64,000 bases of DNA from Candidatus Peregrinibacteria bacterium (GTDB taxonomy: Bacteria; Patescibacteriota; Gracilibacteria; UM-FILTER-43-11), in assembly GCA_016932505.1 (NCBI GenBank), contig JAFGCT010000028.1, forward strand, positions 2,404-66,403, given 5' to 3'. The notes beneath the pieces are model-generated. The model did no database searches. It saw only the letters and a program-made list of their open reading frames with translations, and was not told the origin of the DNA. Shown here piece by piece: positions 1-9,324 of this stretch. Positions within the stretch are counted from its first letter, which is position 1. The number at the start of each line of letters is the position of its first letter. The position numbers were made by a program, and so were the translations under genes.

Positions 1-1
1 T

Positions 2-1984
2 AAGAAACAACTTGATACTATAGAAAGCGATACAAATAATCGCCTCGCAGAGCTAAAAGCTACAATTGATAAAAAGAAGGATGTAGTAGCAAAATCTACT
101 GAGATCAGCCCAGAAAATTCTGAGGAAACTTCTGAAAAATTAAACCAATTAGAAAAGCCTGCAATTAAAAAGAGATTTAAGGAATATGTAGATTCCCAAA
201 ACGATTATTACCTCAATGAAAGTGTACAAGAAGCAAAAATTCAAAATCTTAGTTTTCATACAAGACGTAAGATAATGAGGCAATATAGAAAAAGTGCTGG
301 TAAGTTCCGTGAAGGAATGGAAAGAAAGGTAATGGCAAGACTTGATTTTCATCTTAGCAGAAAAGGAACAACCAAAGATACAATTCAGAAATACCGTGAC
401 TTAGTAGGATTGGAATACAAACACTTTGCTGGTTTAGATGGAAATAAGGGATTTATTGATATTAAAGACTTCCAGATTATGAGAAGTTATGCGAATCATA
501 AGTTCGATTTAACAGTATCTGTACAGAAAAATTCAAAGAAGCAAGATTATATGTATCTGGAATCGATGTACTTTATGAATTATGAAGTCTGGGAAGATTC
601 TGTTGAGAATGCTGAAATAATGATGACAAATGACTGCTATAACAGCGGTACTGAGGGATTATTCATTGCTAAAATCAACGAATACCGAGATAACTTAGGC
701 CAAAAAACAATATCTTCTTTCAAAGATGCAAAGAAAAGTTTTCATGAAATTATAAAATCCAAAATCGAAATGGGCCCAACCGCTGTATTTGATGTACTTA
801 CAGATATGAGAAATACGGTTAATGGTGACAGGGTTAAGCTTATGACAAAAGTTAAGCCAGAATCTCTTCAGTTAATGGTATTCCGTGAACGTGAATTTCT
901 ATTAAGCAGAAGGCTAACGCCAGAAACCGAACACGACAAACTCATTGTTGAGTTTATGAGTACGGGAAGAGAAGGTCGCTCAAATATTTTAAAAAACAAA
1001 AGAGCCGAGTTATTTAAAGCGATTAAGAATATAAAATATCATTATCCTAAATACATTAAGAATAATTTCAGGAATATTGCAAAAAAGCCTGGTAATTTAA
1101 GATACCAGCCGGATCTTTCTAAAAGCCCGACTAATGATGATAAGGCTGCACGAGTTCATGCGTTGTTAATGTTAGCTAGCGAGGCTGAAGGAATTGTAAA
1201 TAACTTCAGTACAACTGAAGAATTTAAAAGCCAGAACTTACAGGAACAACTAAAAAAGGTTGAGCAAGATAAAAATGCTCCGTTAATGGGACTAAAATTT
1301 CAAGATGCTTTAAAATCCAAAACTTCGCCATATATATCTGAGCTTTCCCGTGGAGGATTTAATGGACGTGACTTGGGTCTTAAGGCTTTAAAAGTACTTG
1401 GCGTTTTGGTTTTAGTAGCGAATGTTGCTAATTCCATTCAAGCAGCAGATGGTGGAGATATTTTTGAAACAACAGCTAGTGCGCTTGGCAATATTGCCAC
1501 AAACCCCGGTGTTTACGTAGGTGCTGCAGCATTTGGTGGTGCACATTTCGTAGAGATGAATCCAAAACATCTTGATTACCCTTTTGCCAGTGAACACGAC
1601 AAAATGGATATGGAGGCACATAGAAAGATGAAAGGAATAACAAAAGATGTGGGACCTGAAAATATGAAAACCTTTTTAAAGAGGGGTAATGCAATAGATA
1701 ATAATTCACCTCTTAGCAATGAATGGCTTGTTATGGATAAATTGAATCCAAGAAGAATTAAGAAACTTGTAGATAAGGCCAATAAAAAACCTCACCCTAA
1801 ATATGGTCCAATTATTTCCAATAAGGATATTGAACTTTCAATTCCTAAAGATGAGAGGCAAATTGTATTAGCTGGACTTAGTAATACTGCAGGTAATGCA
1901 CGTACAAGATTTCTTTTTTATCAAAAGTTTCTTTATGGCACAAAACCTAATATTCAACAGTTACGTGATGTTTGTACTGATTAA
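2..1984 (+). CDS. hypothetical protein, 5'-partial (frame open to window edge)
   Basis: Hand translation of the frame of ORF 275..1984 shows no stop back to nt 2 (KKQLDTIESDTNNRLAELK...). There is a hydrophobic Gly/Ala-rich stretch near the C-terminus (GLKALKVLGVLVLVANVANS...GVYVGAAAFGGAHF). No family recognised. Confidence 0.65.
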   Translation, partial: KKQLDTIESDTNNRLAELKATIDKKKDVVAKSTEISPENSEETSEKLNQLEKPAIKKRFKEYVDSQNDYYLNESVQEAKIQNLSFHTRRKIMRQYRKSAGKFREGMERKVMARLDFHLSRKGTTKDTIQKYRDLVGLEYKHFAGLDGNKGFIDIKDFQIMRSYANHKFDLTVSVQKNSKKQDYMYLESMYFMNYEVWEDSVENAEIMMTNDCYNSGTEGLFIAKINEYRDNLGQKTISSFKDAKKSFHEIIKSKIEMGPTAVFDVLTDMRNTVNGDRVKLMTKVKPESLQLMVFREREFLLSRRLTPETEHDKLIVEFMSTGREGRSNILKNKRAELFKAIKNIKYHYPKYIKNNFRNIAKKPGNLRYQPDLSKSPTNDDKAARVHALLMLASEAEGIVNNFSTTEEFKSQNLQEQLKKVEQDKNAPLMGLKFQDALKSKTSPYISELSRGGFNGRDLGLKALKVLGVLVLVANVANSIQAADGGDIFETTASALGNIATNPGVYVGAAAFGGAHFVEMNPKHLDYPFASEHDKMDMEAHRKMKGITKDVGPENMKTFLKRGNAIDNNSPLSNEWLVMDKLNPRRIKKLVDKANKKPHPKYGPIISNKDIELSIPKDERQIVLAGLSNTAGNARTRFLFYQKFLYGTKPNIQQLRDVCTD

Positions 1985-1993
1985 CTAATTCAG

Positions 1994-2080
1994 GATTATT
2001 GAGATGATTAAGATTATTGAGATGATTAAGAATTACTTATAACGACACTCCCAATAATCGCAATAATCACAATAATCCCA
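1994..2080. repeat. inverted arrays of the 9-mer gattattgN (left arm 4 units, right arm 3 reverse-complement units)
   Basis: gattattgagatgattaa occurs twice in tandem (1994-2011, 2012-2029). cccaataatcgcaataatcacaataatccca (2050-2080) is the reverse-complement array. Confidence 0.85.
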
Positions 2081-2087
2081 CAAAATT

Positions 2088-2426
2088 ATGGCAATAGACA
2101 TTCCAAAACAATCAGGCGAAAATAAACAGAATGCTGAAAAAGCTAATTCTCAGGCTAATGTTCAAGCAAAATCCGGAGCACAAGAAACCGTAAGCAGTAA
2201 CGATGAATTCCAGAGAAGATGGATACAGCAACAGGAAGCTCAACGTGAGAATCAAAAAAGGCTTGCTCAGCAGGGGGCAATAAAGAATGCAAAAGACAGA
2301 CAATCTGCTCAGCGAACCTCCACTTCTGTACCAAAGAAAAAATTTATGAAGGGAATGGCAAAATATCTTATTCCTTCAATAGCAACAGGTAGTGGAATAG
2401 TCGGAATACTGTTTGGACTCAATTAA
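2088..2426 (+). CDS. small tail-anchored membrane protein, hypothetical
   Basis: ATG ORF with a polar Q/A/K-rich N-part and a single C-terminal hydrophobic helix (YLIPSIATGSGIVGILFGL). Confidence 0.55.
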   Translation: MAIDIPKQSGENKQNAEKANSQANVQAKSGAQETVSSNDEFQRRWIQQQEAQRENQKRLAQQGAIKNAKDRQSAQRTSTSVPKKKFMKGMAKYLIPSIATGSGIVGILFGLN

Positions 2427-2514
2427 TTTATTGATTCAAGATTCAAAACTCGAAGAACGAAGAAAATCATAAATCCTAATATCTAAATTCTAAAAATTTC
2501 AAAAATCAAAACCA

Positions 2515-4785
2515 ATGAAAACAATCTTCAAAAAACTCACAAAAGGAATAATAATCAGTTTACTGCTGATATTTACACTGAATCTGACTTCGTTTCAGAT
2601 AGGTGGAAATAGCCAAGAAAATAGAATACTTACTACAAGTGTGAACGCTGATGAGATTACAGATGCGGATTTAGGGATTGGAGCTGAAACAACTGATTCA
2701 AATGCCAATGTAGTAGACCAATACTTAGCCGAGCCTGCAGGAGATACTGGCACTACAACCAACGCTACAACCAGCACTGAAGGAACTGGAAGTGGAGGCG
2801 AACCTGATCTAAGTAATGCAACGCCAGCCGCTAATGCAGAAGCAGAGCAACCAGGAGAACCTTTTGATATTGAGGAATTTATGAAGAGTATTCAGAAGGG
2901 GGCGACTTATATTCACAGACTTTTTGCTCCTTTGGTGAATTTTTTCTCATTTAATATTGGTAATTTCCTAAGTAATGACCATATTTTTGGTGGAGCTATG
3001 GGGCTTATGCTGAAAAAAATATGGATAGTCAGCAGAAATCTCGTAAATATCGCTTTCGTACTGATCCTTCTTTTTCTTGCATTAAAAGAAATATTTTGGA
3101 TTAAGGAAGAAGGCGGAACGGACCTGAAGAAAAGTTTACTTACTTTTGTACTACTTTTAATTGCAGTGAATTTTTCGTGGCTTGTTACAAAAGTTGTTTT
3201 AGATGCGGCTAACATTGCCACAAATGTCGTGTTCGCAATTCCTATGGGTGTAAGTGGTGCGGGTGCGGAACTATTGCCGAAAGATTGTGATGTTCTGGAT
3301 TGTCAAAATGACGACAGTGCTGAGACTCAGGCAGAGTGTGGTGCTGCAGATAAATATGTATTAAAAGGTTCATGTTACCCTAGTAGTATTTTTGCTGCTA
3401 ACACGGGTGACTGGAAAAGCCCCGAATACCAATATCTAGAAAAAGATCAATGTACCGATTATGATAAGAAGTATCAAGGAAATCCGGACAGTGCATTTAA
3501 TCAGGATGGTAGTGTAAATCCGAATGCGAGCGCCGATAATAAAGAGCTTCAAAATAAATCAACTTTCTGCTGGGAAACAATGGATTTTGCGAAATATGAC
3601 CAAAATACTTCCGTTATATATCTAACATACGGCATGGCTAGAATCCAGAATATTACCGGAGCAACTTCCAGAAGCAATGCTCCCGTTCAGGTTTCTATTG
3701 CAATATTGTTTTCACTGATTATTCAGGCTGCCTATACAATTGCTTTAATGGCGTTATTTATTGCCCTTGTTATTCGTATGGCCGTACTCTGGATATTTGT
3801 AGCATTTTCGCCATTTATGGTACTTATGTTATTTACTGATGTACTTGGTTCACTCGCGGAAAAAGCCAAAGGAACAGCGGATTTCTCCGGTTTCCTTAAA
3901 TGGGCTTTTGTTCCAGTTAAGGTAGCAGCTGTATTTACCATTTCATTCCTTATGGTTTCCGCTGGACAATCTATGGGAAGTACTGATGTAACAAATATAA
4001 ATACCTTTTCAGCAAGTGGAGCTAATACTACATTTAAAATATTTAATGTCGGTTCGTTATTTATGAATATGGGTGGAATTGAACAATTTATATGGCTCCT
4101 TATTACTCTTGTGGTTCTTTGGATAGGGGTATTTGCAGTTCTTGGAGATATGCCGATTATTAAATCTGTTACCGATAAGATGAAAGAATACGGTACTTCA
4201 ACTGCCGGACTTATTGCAAAAGCTCCATACTGGGCACCTATTATGCCTATGGTAGACCCAAGTACCGGTAAATTTAAATTTGGTTCTTATGCTAAGGAAT
4301 ATTCCGGACTTGATTTAAGAAAGGTATTAACAGAAGCTAAAGAAAAGGCAACTGGTGATAATTTGAAGAGTAAGGCGGAAAAGGTGACTGAACCAGTGCA
4401 AAAAGAAATTAATGATTTAGTTAAGACTGGAAATACCGAAAAAGCTTATTCTAAATTCCTTGAATCTATCGGCGGAGACAAATATTCAGTAAATAAAGAA
4501 GGTATTGAAAAACTTACTAAATCAATGGATAAGCTTGATGCAGATACAAGACGTAAGTTAATTGCTTTCCATAAAGATCAAATGAAGGGTATTGAAACGA
4601 AGAAACCTTCCACCGCTGATGTTCAGGCAGATGAAGCAGCCAGAATAGCTGAACGCGATAAGCAAAGTGGTTCAACACCTACAACGCCATCAGGAGGAAC
4701 AACTTCATCAGGAGGAACAACTTCATCAGGAGGAACAACTTCTACTGCCCAGGAAAATCCACCAGCAGATAATACCGGACAATAG
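2515..4785 (+). CDS. polytopic membrane protein, possible VirB6/TrbL-like channel component
   Basis: N-terminal signal/TM segment and at least 6 long hydrophobic segments. Cys-rich extracytoplasmic loop. Low-complexity C-terminus. Lies next to a T4CP-like ATPase. The family assignment is an inference from topology and context only. Confidence 0.7.
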   Translation: MKTIFKKLTKGIIISLLLIFTLNLTSFQIGGNSQENRILTTSVNADEITDADLGIGAETTDSNANVVDQYLAEPAGDTGTTTNATTSTEGTGSGGEPDLSNATPAANAEAEQPGEPFDIEEFMKSIQKGATYIHRLFAPLVNFFSFNIGNFLSNDHIFGGAMGLMLKKIWIVSRNLVNIAFVLILLFLALKEIFWIKEEGGTDLKKSLLTFVLLLIAVNFSWLVTKVVLDAANIATNVVFAIPMGVSGAGAELLPKDCDVLDCQNDDSAETQAECGAADKYVLKGSCYPSSIFAANTGDWKSPEYQYLEKDQCTDYDKKYQGNPDSAFNQDGSVNPNASADNKELQNKSTFCWETMDFAKYDQNTSVIYLTYGMARIQNITGATSRSNAPVQVSIAILFSLIIQAAYTIALMALFIALVIRMAVLWIFVAFSPFMVLMLFTDVLGSLAEKAKGTADFSGFLKWAFVPVKVAAVFTISFLMVSAGQSMGSTDVTNINTFSASGANTTFKIFNVGSLFMNMGGIEQFIWLLITLVVLWIGVFAVLGDMPIIKSVTDKMKEYGTSTAGLIAKAPYWAPIMPMVDPSTGKFKFGSYAKEYSGLDLRKVLTEAKEKATGDNLKSKAEKVTEPVQKEINDLVKTGNTEKAYSKFLESIGGDKYSVNKEGIEKLTKSMDKLDADTRRKLIAFHKDQMKGIETKKPSTADVQADEAARIAERDKQSGSTPTTPSGGTTSSGGTTSSGGTTSTAQENPPADNTGQ
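4690..4743 (+). repeat. 18-nt tandem repeat x3 inside the CDS (encodes SGGTTS x3)
   Basis: tcaggaggaacaacttca at 4690, 4708 and 4726 (the last copy ends in t). Confidence 0.9.
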
Positions 4786-4811
4786 AAAAACAACAAATTA
4801 TTTAAACATTC

Positions 4812-4846
4812 GTAGGGGCGTCCCGCTTAGCGGGATCCCTACTTTT
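4812..4846 (+). terminator. intrinsic terminator after the 756-aa gene
   Basis: Nested hairpin gtaggg-gcg-tcccgc-tta-gcggga-t-ccctac followed by tttt. Confidence 0.7.
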
Positions 4847-4994
4847 GTCTGAACTGTGATTTATGCGATTTAAATGATTTTCTTATGATTAAAAACAATC
4901 CATAAACTTTATTTCATAGAGTTAGTAATATGAAATATTGATACGGATAAAAATCATTATCAATCAGTACAATCAAAAATATCACAGTTCAGAC
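4847..4994. repeat. 14-bp perfect inverted repeat bracketing a ~120-nt AT-rich spacer between convergent genes
   Basis: gtctgaactgtgat (4847-4860) pairs with atcacagttcagac (4981-4994). The right arm abuts or overlaps the stop codon of the 852-aa gene. Confidence 0.7.
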
Positions 4995-7552
4995 TATTCT
5001 GCTGGTGGTGTTGGAGCTGGTGTGCCAGAAGCATTTGCCAAGTTCTGAATTGTAGCGGCTCCTACTCGACGGAAGATCTCACGTTCCACAAATTCTTTCT
5101 CACGAGCAAATTTAAGTCGGGAAAGCTGTTTGAACGCTTCCGCAGCTTCTACGTCTCCTTTACTTGGATCGTAAACCGTTGTCATAGAAAAGGCACGAGA
5201 AGTGGCATTATCTATATTCAATTTTAAATATGCCTGGTAATTAGCAATATTTATTAAATCCTGCTCACTGAAAATCGGAGCAAATTCTTTTGCCATATAT
5301 TCTGCATCCTGCGCACCTATTTTAAAACACATCATAGAACCGACGTTTCCAAATACGGCGTCGCGGATTGTATTGTCCTCGTGACTTCCCTTCCCTCCTC
5401 CGCTCATCTTTGTTATCTGACTTATATATTGATGTGCAATGCAAAGGTCGAGGCGGTATTTACGGGCTTCGGATAATATTGAGGCAAATGAATCGGTTAC
5501 GAAGTTTTGGAACTCATCCACTGTTAGATAAAAATCTTTTCTTTCTTCTTCCGGTGTATCAACACGGCTCATTGCACCCATTTGCAATTTTGCTACCATT
5601 ATCATACCAAGTAATTGAGCGTTTAAATCGCCAAGTTTACCTTTGGAAAGGTTACAAAGAAGTATTCTTCCTTCATCCATAACTTTACGAAAATCAAAAC
5701 CGGATTTCGTTTGACCAATAATATTACGTATCTGGGCGTTTGTTACAAAAGGACCGAATTTGGCACTAAAATAAGGAATCATTTCCTGCTTTTCACGCGC
5801 ACCGGTACTCGCCATTTCCTTTTCCCAGAAAGATTTAACGACCGGATTCTTTACCTTATTTACTTTGTATCTCTGCCATGAATCATCTGTAAACAATCTA
5901 GGTAAATCGATTAGTGTTGCGCCTTCTTCGTCATCATCCATTAATGTTAAACAACCATTTCTAAAATAATGCTGTAAACGAGGCCCCATAATTTCTTCAC
6001 CGAACATCTTAATAAAGATAGCCAGCGCCTCCTGTGACATATATTCCTTTTCATCAGTTGTATAGGCTTCTAGAATATTCAGCCCCATAGGTCGCCCTAA
6101 ATCACCCGGATCAAACAAAATAACATCATCCGCTCTTTCACGCGGGATGTGCGGTATTATACCTTCAACCAAGTCTCCATGTGGGTCAATAAGACATAGT
6201 CCCTCTCCATTTTTCAAATCCTGTTTAAGCATCTGTTTTAGAACTGTAGATTTACCTGTACCGGATTTACCAATCATATAAAAATGCCTCCTTCTGTCGT
6301 CTCTTTTAATATGAACAGGCTTTGTTTCACCGCGGAAGACATTATTTCCAAGAAACATTCCTTCTGTAGGAAGATTATTTGGAGCGGCCGCGATTTTAAA
6401 TTCCTGCCATTTAATAACCGGTGATTTGTTGTATTTAATGTTCGGAAAGTGAAATATTGATGCAACCTCTTCGGAACAAAGAATCATCTTTCTTGGGTCT
6501 AAAATTCTTTTAAGCAAACCACGCTTAATATCACGCATTATAAATCCCTTAAGCAGTGCCGGGCGGGAGAAATATTTTGTTTTACAAAAACCATTGTTGT
6601 TTGGTGCATTAAATTGGGCGAAAGCATCCATTGTCTCCCCGACTATCTGCTTAGCTCTATACATACTTTTAGCAGAACCTACAATACGGATAACTGTTTC
6701 GAAACCAATCTTAATATTCTTGGTCTCCATCAGCTTAACCTGTTCATCCATCAAAGGTGTTGTACGGGTTGTTCCGGAATTATCCATATTCTCTGTAAAC
6801 TTTTCATTATCCGCACCTTGTACAAGAATTCTTATCCATGTTGCTATCCAGCCAAACAAATTTAATTTACTAAACAAACTTTTTGGTTTTTTGCCTAAAA
6901 ATAAATCCTGAGCAGCCTTTCTTCCTTTTTCCTGCCAGCCGTCTCCTAATGGTCTTAACATTACCTGAATAGCCGCGCCTTCATCCGGAGCTATTTTGGA
7001 TAATGTATTTGCAATATTATTGAATGGATCCGAACCCAGGAATTGATATGTTCTAATCGGAAACATCGATTCTTTATCCAGCTTAACGTACATACCGGTT
7101 GCCTTATATCCCTGACGGAAAATATTGTAATCTTCCACCTGTTCGACAAATACATCAGGGTAAAAAGCGGTAATTTGTTTTTCAAAGAGAGATTTTAAAT
7201 TACGTGGCATTACAATAAAGAACTGAAGCTCACCATTTAATACAACATATTCGCAAGAAAAGAAATCCTGACCTGTGATTTTTTTTACAAAGTCGCTTGA
7301 ATAAACAGAGTGAATAGCTTCAAATAAATGAGTCATTACATCGTTTACCTCCTTATGACTTTTCCCTGATGAATATTGTTCACTTTCACGTTCACGGTCC
7401 TCTTTTGAATCCCGAATAGGTACGGCAACTCTAAGAAAAACCATATTAAGGGATCTGTTTAAATTTTGTTTTTTGCGGATATTCAACATTATAAGGAATA
7501 ATATAACCGCAAGAAGTAAGGAAATTCCGAAGATTTGAAGAAGTAGAGTCAC
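4994..7552 (-). CDS. VirD4/TraG/TraD-like type IV coupling protein / FtsK-HerA superfamily P-loop ATPase
   Basis: N-terminal TM helix. Walker A GKSGTGKST and Walker B-like LTVDEFQNF. ARKYRLDLCIAHQYISQ resembles the TraG/TraD C-terminal motif. GTG start. Confidence 0.75.
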   Translation of the reverse strand: MTLLLQIFGISLLLAVILFLIMLNIRKKQNLNRSLNMVFLRVAVPIRDSKEDRERESEQYSSGKSHKEVNDVMTHLFEAIHSVYSSDFVKKITGQDFFSCEYVVLNGELQFFIVMPRNLKSLFEKQITAFYPDVFVEQVEDYNIFRQGYKATGMYVKLDKESMFPIRTYQFLGSDPFNNIANTLSKIAPDEGAAIQVMLRPLGDGWQEKGRKAAQDLFLGKKPKSLFSKLNLFGWIATWIRILVQGADNEKFTENMDNSGTTRTTPLMDEQVKLMETKNIKIGFETVIRIVGSAKSMYRAKQIVGETMDAFAQFNAPNNNGFCKTKYFSRPALLKGFIMRDIKRGLLKRILDPRKMILCSEEVASIFHFPNIKYNKSPVIKWQEFKIAAAPNNLPTEGMFLGNNVFRGETKPVHIKRDDRRRHFYMIGKSGTGKSTVLKQMLKQDLKNGEGLCLIDPHGDLVEGIIPHIPRERADDVILFDPGDLGRPMGLNILEAYTTDEKEYMSQEALAIFIKMFGEEIMGPRLQHYFRNGCLTLMDDDEEGATLIDLPRLFTDDSWQRYKVNKVKNPVVKSFWEKEMASTGAREKQEMIPYFSAKFGPFVTNAQIRNIIGQTKSGFDFRKVMDEGRILLCNLSKGKLGDLNAQLLGMIMVAKLQMGAMSRVDTPEEERKDFYLTVDEFQNFVTDSFASILSEARKYRLDLCIAHQYISQITKMSGGGKGSHEDNTIRDAVFGNVGSMMCFKIGAQDAEYMAKEFAPIFSEQDLINIANYQAYLKLNIDNATSRAFSMTTVYDPSKGDVEAAEAFKQLSRLKFAREKEFVEREIFRRVGAATIQNLANASGTPAPTPPAE

Positions 7553-7590
7553 TCGTTTATTTTTAATTCAAAAATAGTATAATTAAATAA

Positions 7591-7926
7591 ATGTCCAATG
7601 TCCAATGTCCAAATTTCAAATTAACTGATTATCAGACTAGGCTTCAAAGTCTGCTTTTAAAAATTCCCAAAGGAATGGTTTCAACATATAAGGAATTAGC
7701 TAAAGCAATGGATACCCGTGGCTATAGATTTATCGGACAATTGCTTAATAAAAACCAATACCCTGACAAATACCCCTGCTATAAAATAGTAAAATCAGAT
7801 CGAAGTTTAGGTGGATTTGCCTTTGGCGCCAAGGATAAAATTAGACGTCTGAAAAACGATGGAATATCTGTAAAAAATGGAAAAATCCAGGATTTTAAAA
7901 ATGTCTTGTTTAAATTTGTGCAATAA
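7591..7926 (+). CDS. MGMT-family (methylated-DNA-protein-cysteine methyltransferase DNA-binding domain) protein with variant active-site motif
   Basis: IPKGMVSTYKELA...YPCYKIVKSDRSLGGFAFG aligns with the canonical ...IPCHRVV...G.LGGY layout of PF01035-type domains. Confidence 0.75.
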   Translation: MSNVQCPNFKLTDYQTRLQSLLLKIPKGMVSTYKELAKAMDTRGYRFIGQLLNKNQYPDKYPCYKIVKSDRSLGGFAFGAKDKIRRLKNDGISVKNGKIQDFKNVLFKFVQ

Positions 7927-7961
7927 AAAACCCCACACCGTTTAACGGAATGGGGGTTTTT
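7925..7961. terminator. bidirectional intrinsic terminator between convergent genes
   Basis: aaaaaacccca...tgggggttttt: a hairpin flanked by an A-run and a T-run. Confidence 0.6.
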
Positions 7962-7980
7962 GATAATTTATAATTTTCTA

Positions 7981-8604
7981 TTACGCATAGCGTTTTCTCG
8001 CATCTAATACTGCATTTTTAGCAAACTCTCTTAGATTACTTTTTTCTTTCTTATTTAAATATTGTAATGTATCTGCATTAGAACCTTCTTTAACCAGTTG
8101 ATCCAGTGCCACAGCACTTAAATTACCACTCCTTGCCATTGCTTCGGCACGATCAGTGATTTCAGCCTTAATTAATTCTGTTTTAGCCTGGATAAATCCA
8201 TTTTCAAATGAGTCAACAATTGTCTTCAGTTGTCTATGTGTAAACTTTTTACCTTCGACTTTAACAAAATCAAAGATAACTTCATTTGTGTAGTTTCCTA
8301 ATTTTGTTCCACCTAATTTTGCTGCAGCTCTACCACCTGTTAGTGCTTTTTCTTTTATTCCAAGCTTAGCGAATTCTTTACCACTTAAGACTTTTTTAGG
8401 TTTAGCGACTTTATTATCAAAATCATCTAGCGCTAATTCTGCTTTTTGGGCAGTTTCTTTTGCCTGTTTAGCTACTTTACCTTCGATAGATTTTCCATCT
8501 GGGCTTTTCTTTGCTGATTCAGGCTGAGCGCTTGGTTTTTCGGCTGCAAAGATAAATCTTTTATTTAGAAGTAGATCTTCTTTGTAATTATTGAAGTAAA
8601 TCAT
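7981..8604 (-). CDS. hypothetical protein (207 aa)
   Basis: ATG ORF with native AT-rich codon usage. The N-terminus MIYFNNY...EKP resembles that of the 214-aa protein at 10093..10737. Confidence 0.6.
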   Translation of the reverse strand: MIYFNNYKEDLLLNKRFIFAAEKPSAQPESAKKSPDGKSIEGKVAKQAKETAQKAELALDDFDNKVAKPKKVLSGKEFAKLGIKEKALTGGRAAAKLGGTKLGNYTNEVIFDFVKVEGKKFTHRQLKTIVDSFENGFIQAKTELIKAEITDRAEAMARSGNLSAVALDQLVKEGSNADTLQYLNKKEKSNLREFAKNAVLDARKRYA

Positions 8605-8818
8605 AGTATTTTTGTTATTAATATTTATTGATCTATTAATTATATCATTTTTACCAAATTAAATCAAGTATTTTATAATGTTTAATTGTAAGTATTCATT
8701 AATATATTGACATTTAATGTTTTATATGATTTAATATATTCCATTTGGTTAATTTAAACGTCATAATCCTATGTGCGTTTATTCTCGCCAGATAAGATCA
8801 TTACAAGGAAGGTGTAAA

Positions 8819-9298
8819 ATGAAAAAGGTTTTAATGTGTCTGACAAGCGTTTTGTTTGTCACATCCGCCCTGGCGGCACTGCCGCCCCCCACCCCGAATG
8901 AGAAGCCCGCTGAAGAAAAGAAAATCTTCTCCGGATTTTTCATTGTTTCGGAGGACAAAAGTGAGTTCGAACTCATAGACGTCGAAACTCTGAATGCCAT
9001 CTACAACGGCAAAAAACCTCCGCCCGGAACCTGCCCACTGAACAAAGTCATCGGGGTGAACGAGGAGTATTCAACCGAATACTTCGGATCCCCCTACAAG
9101 ATGACTCTCTCGAAGAACGTCAACAGCCTGGTATTCACAGGAGTCCGTCCGGATGCGACTATTGTAATGAAGCCGCTTTATGTTGGCACCGATGTCTACA
9201 ATGGATGCAACTTCTCCGGCCGACTGATGGTCGCGGCTGACGAAGAGGATTTTATCGAGATCCTTCTCGACAGAGCCAATGTGGTCGAAGAAGAGTGA
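8819..9298 (+). CDS. secreted hypothetical protein with GC3-rich (foreign-looking) codon usage
   Basis: RBS aaggaaggtg lies upstream of the ATG at 8819. Signal peptide MKKVLMCLTSVLFVTSALAA. Hand GC counts are 32/60 (8881-8940) and 30/60 (9121-9180), against 17/60 in a sampled AT-rich stretch elsewhere in the window (62101-62160). Confidence 0.7.
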   Translation: MKKVLMCLTSVLFVTSALAALPPPTPNEKPAEEKKIFSGFFIVSEDKSEFELIDVETLNAIYNGKKPPPGTCPLNKVIGVNEEYSTEYFGSPYKMTLSKNVNSLVFTGVRPDATIVMKPLYVGTDVYNGCNFSGRLMVAADEEDFIEILLDRANVVEEE

Positions 9299-9324
9299 GC
9301 ATTCATTCCTGCCTTCCTTTTAAG

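Noticed and set aside
149-352. 67-aa minus-strand ORF at the window start.
   Set aside because: It is antisense to a long open plus-strand frame that continues to the window edge. It is hydrophobic, AT-rich, codon-driven sequence.
4667-4852. 61-aa alternate-frame ORF across the SGGTTS repeat and terminator.
   Set aside because: It is an alternate frame of the 18-nt repeat (HQEEQL x3) and runs through the terminator hairpin.
8707-8735. Promoter call for the island-1 gene (ttgaca at 8707).
   Set aside because: No -10 hexamer sits at a convincing 16-18 nt spacing (tttaat at 17 nt, taatat at 19 nt). It is mentioned only as context and not listed as a feature.
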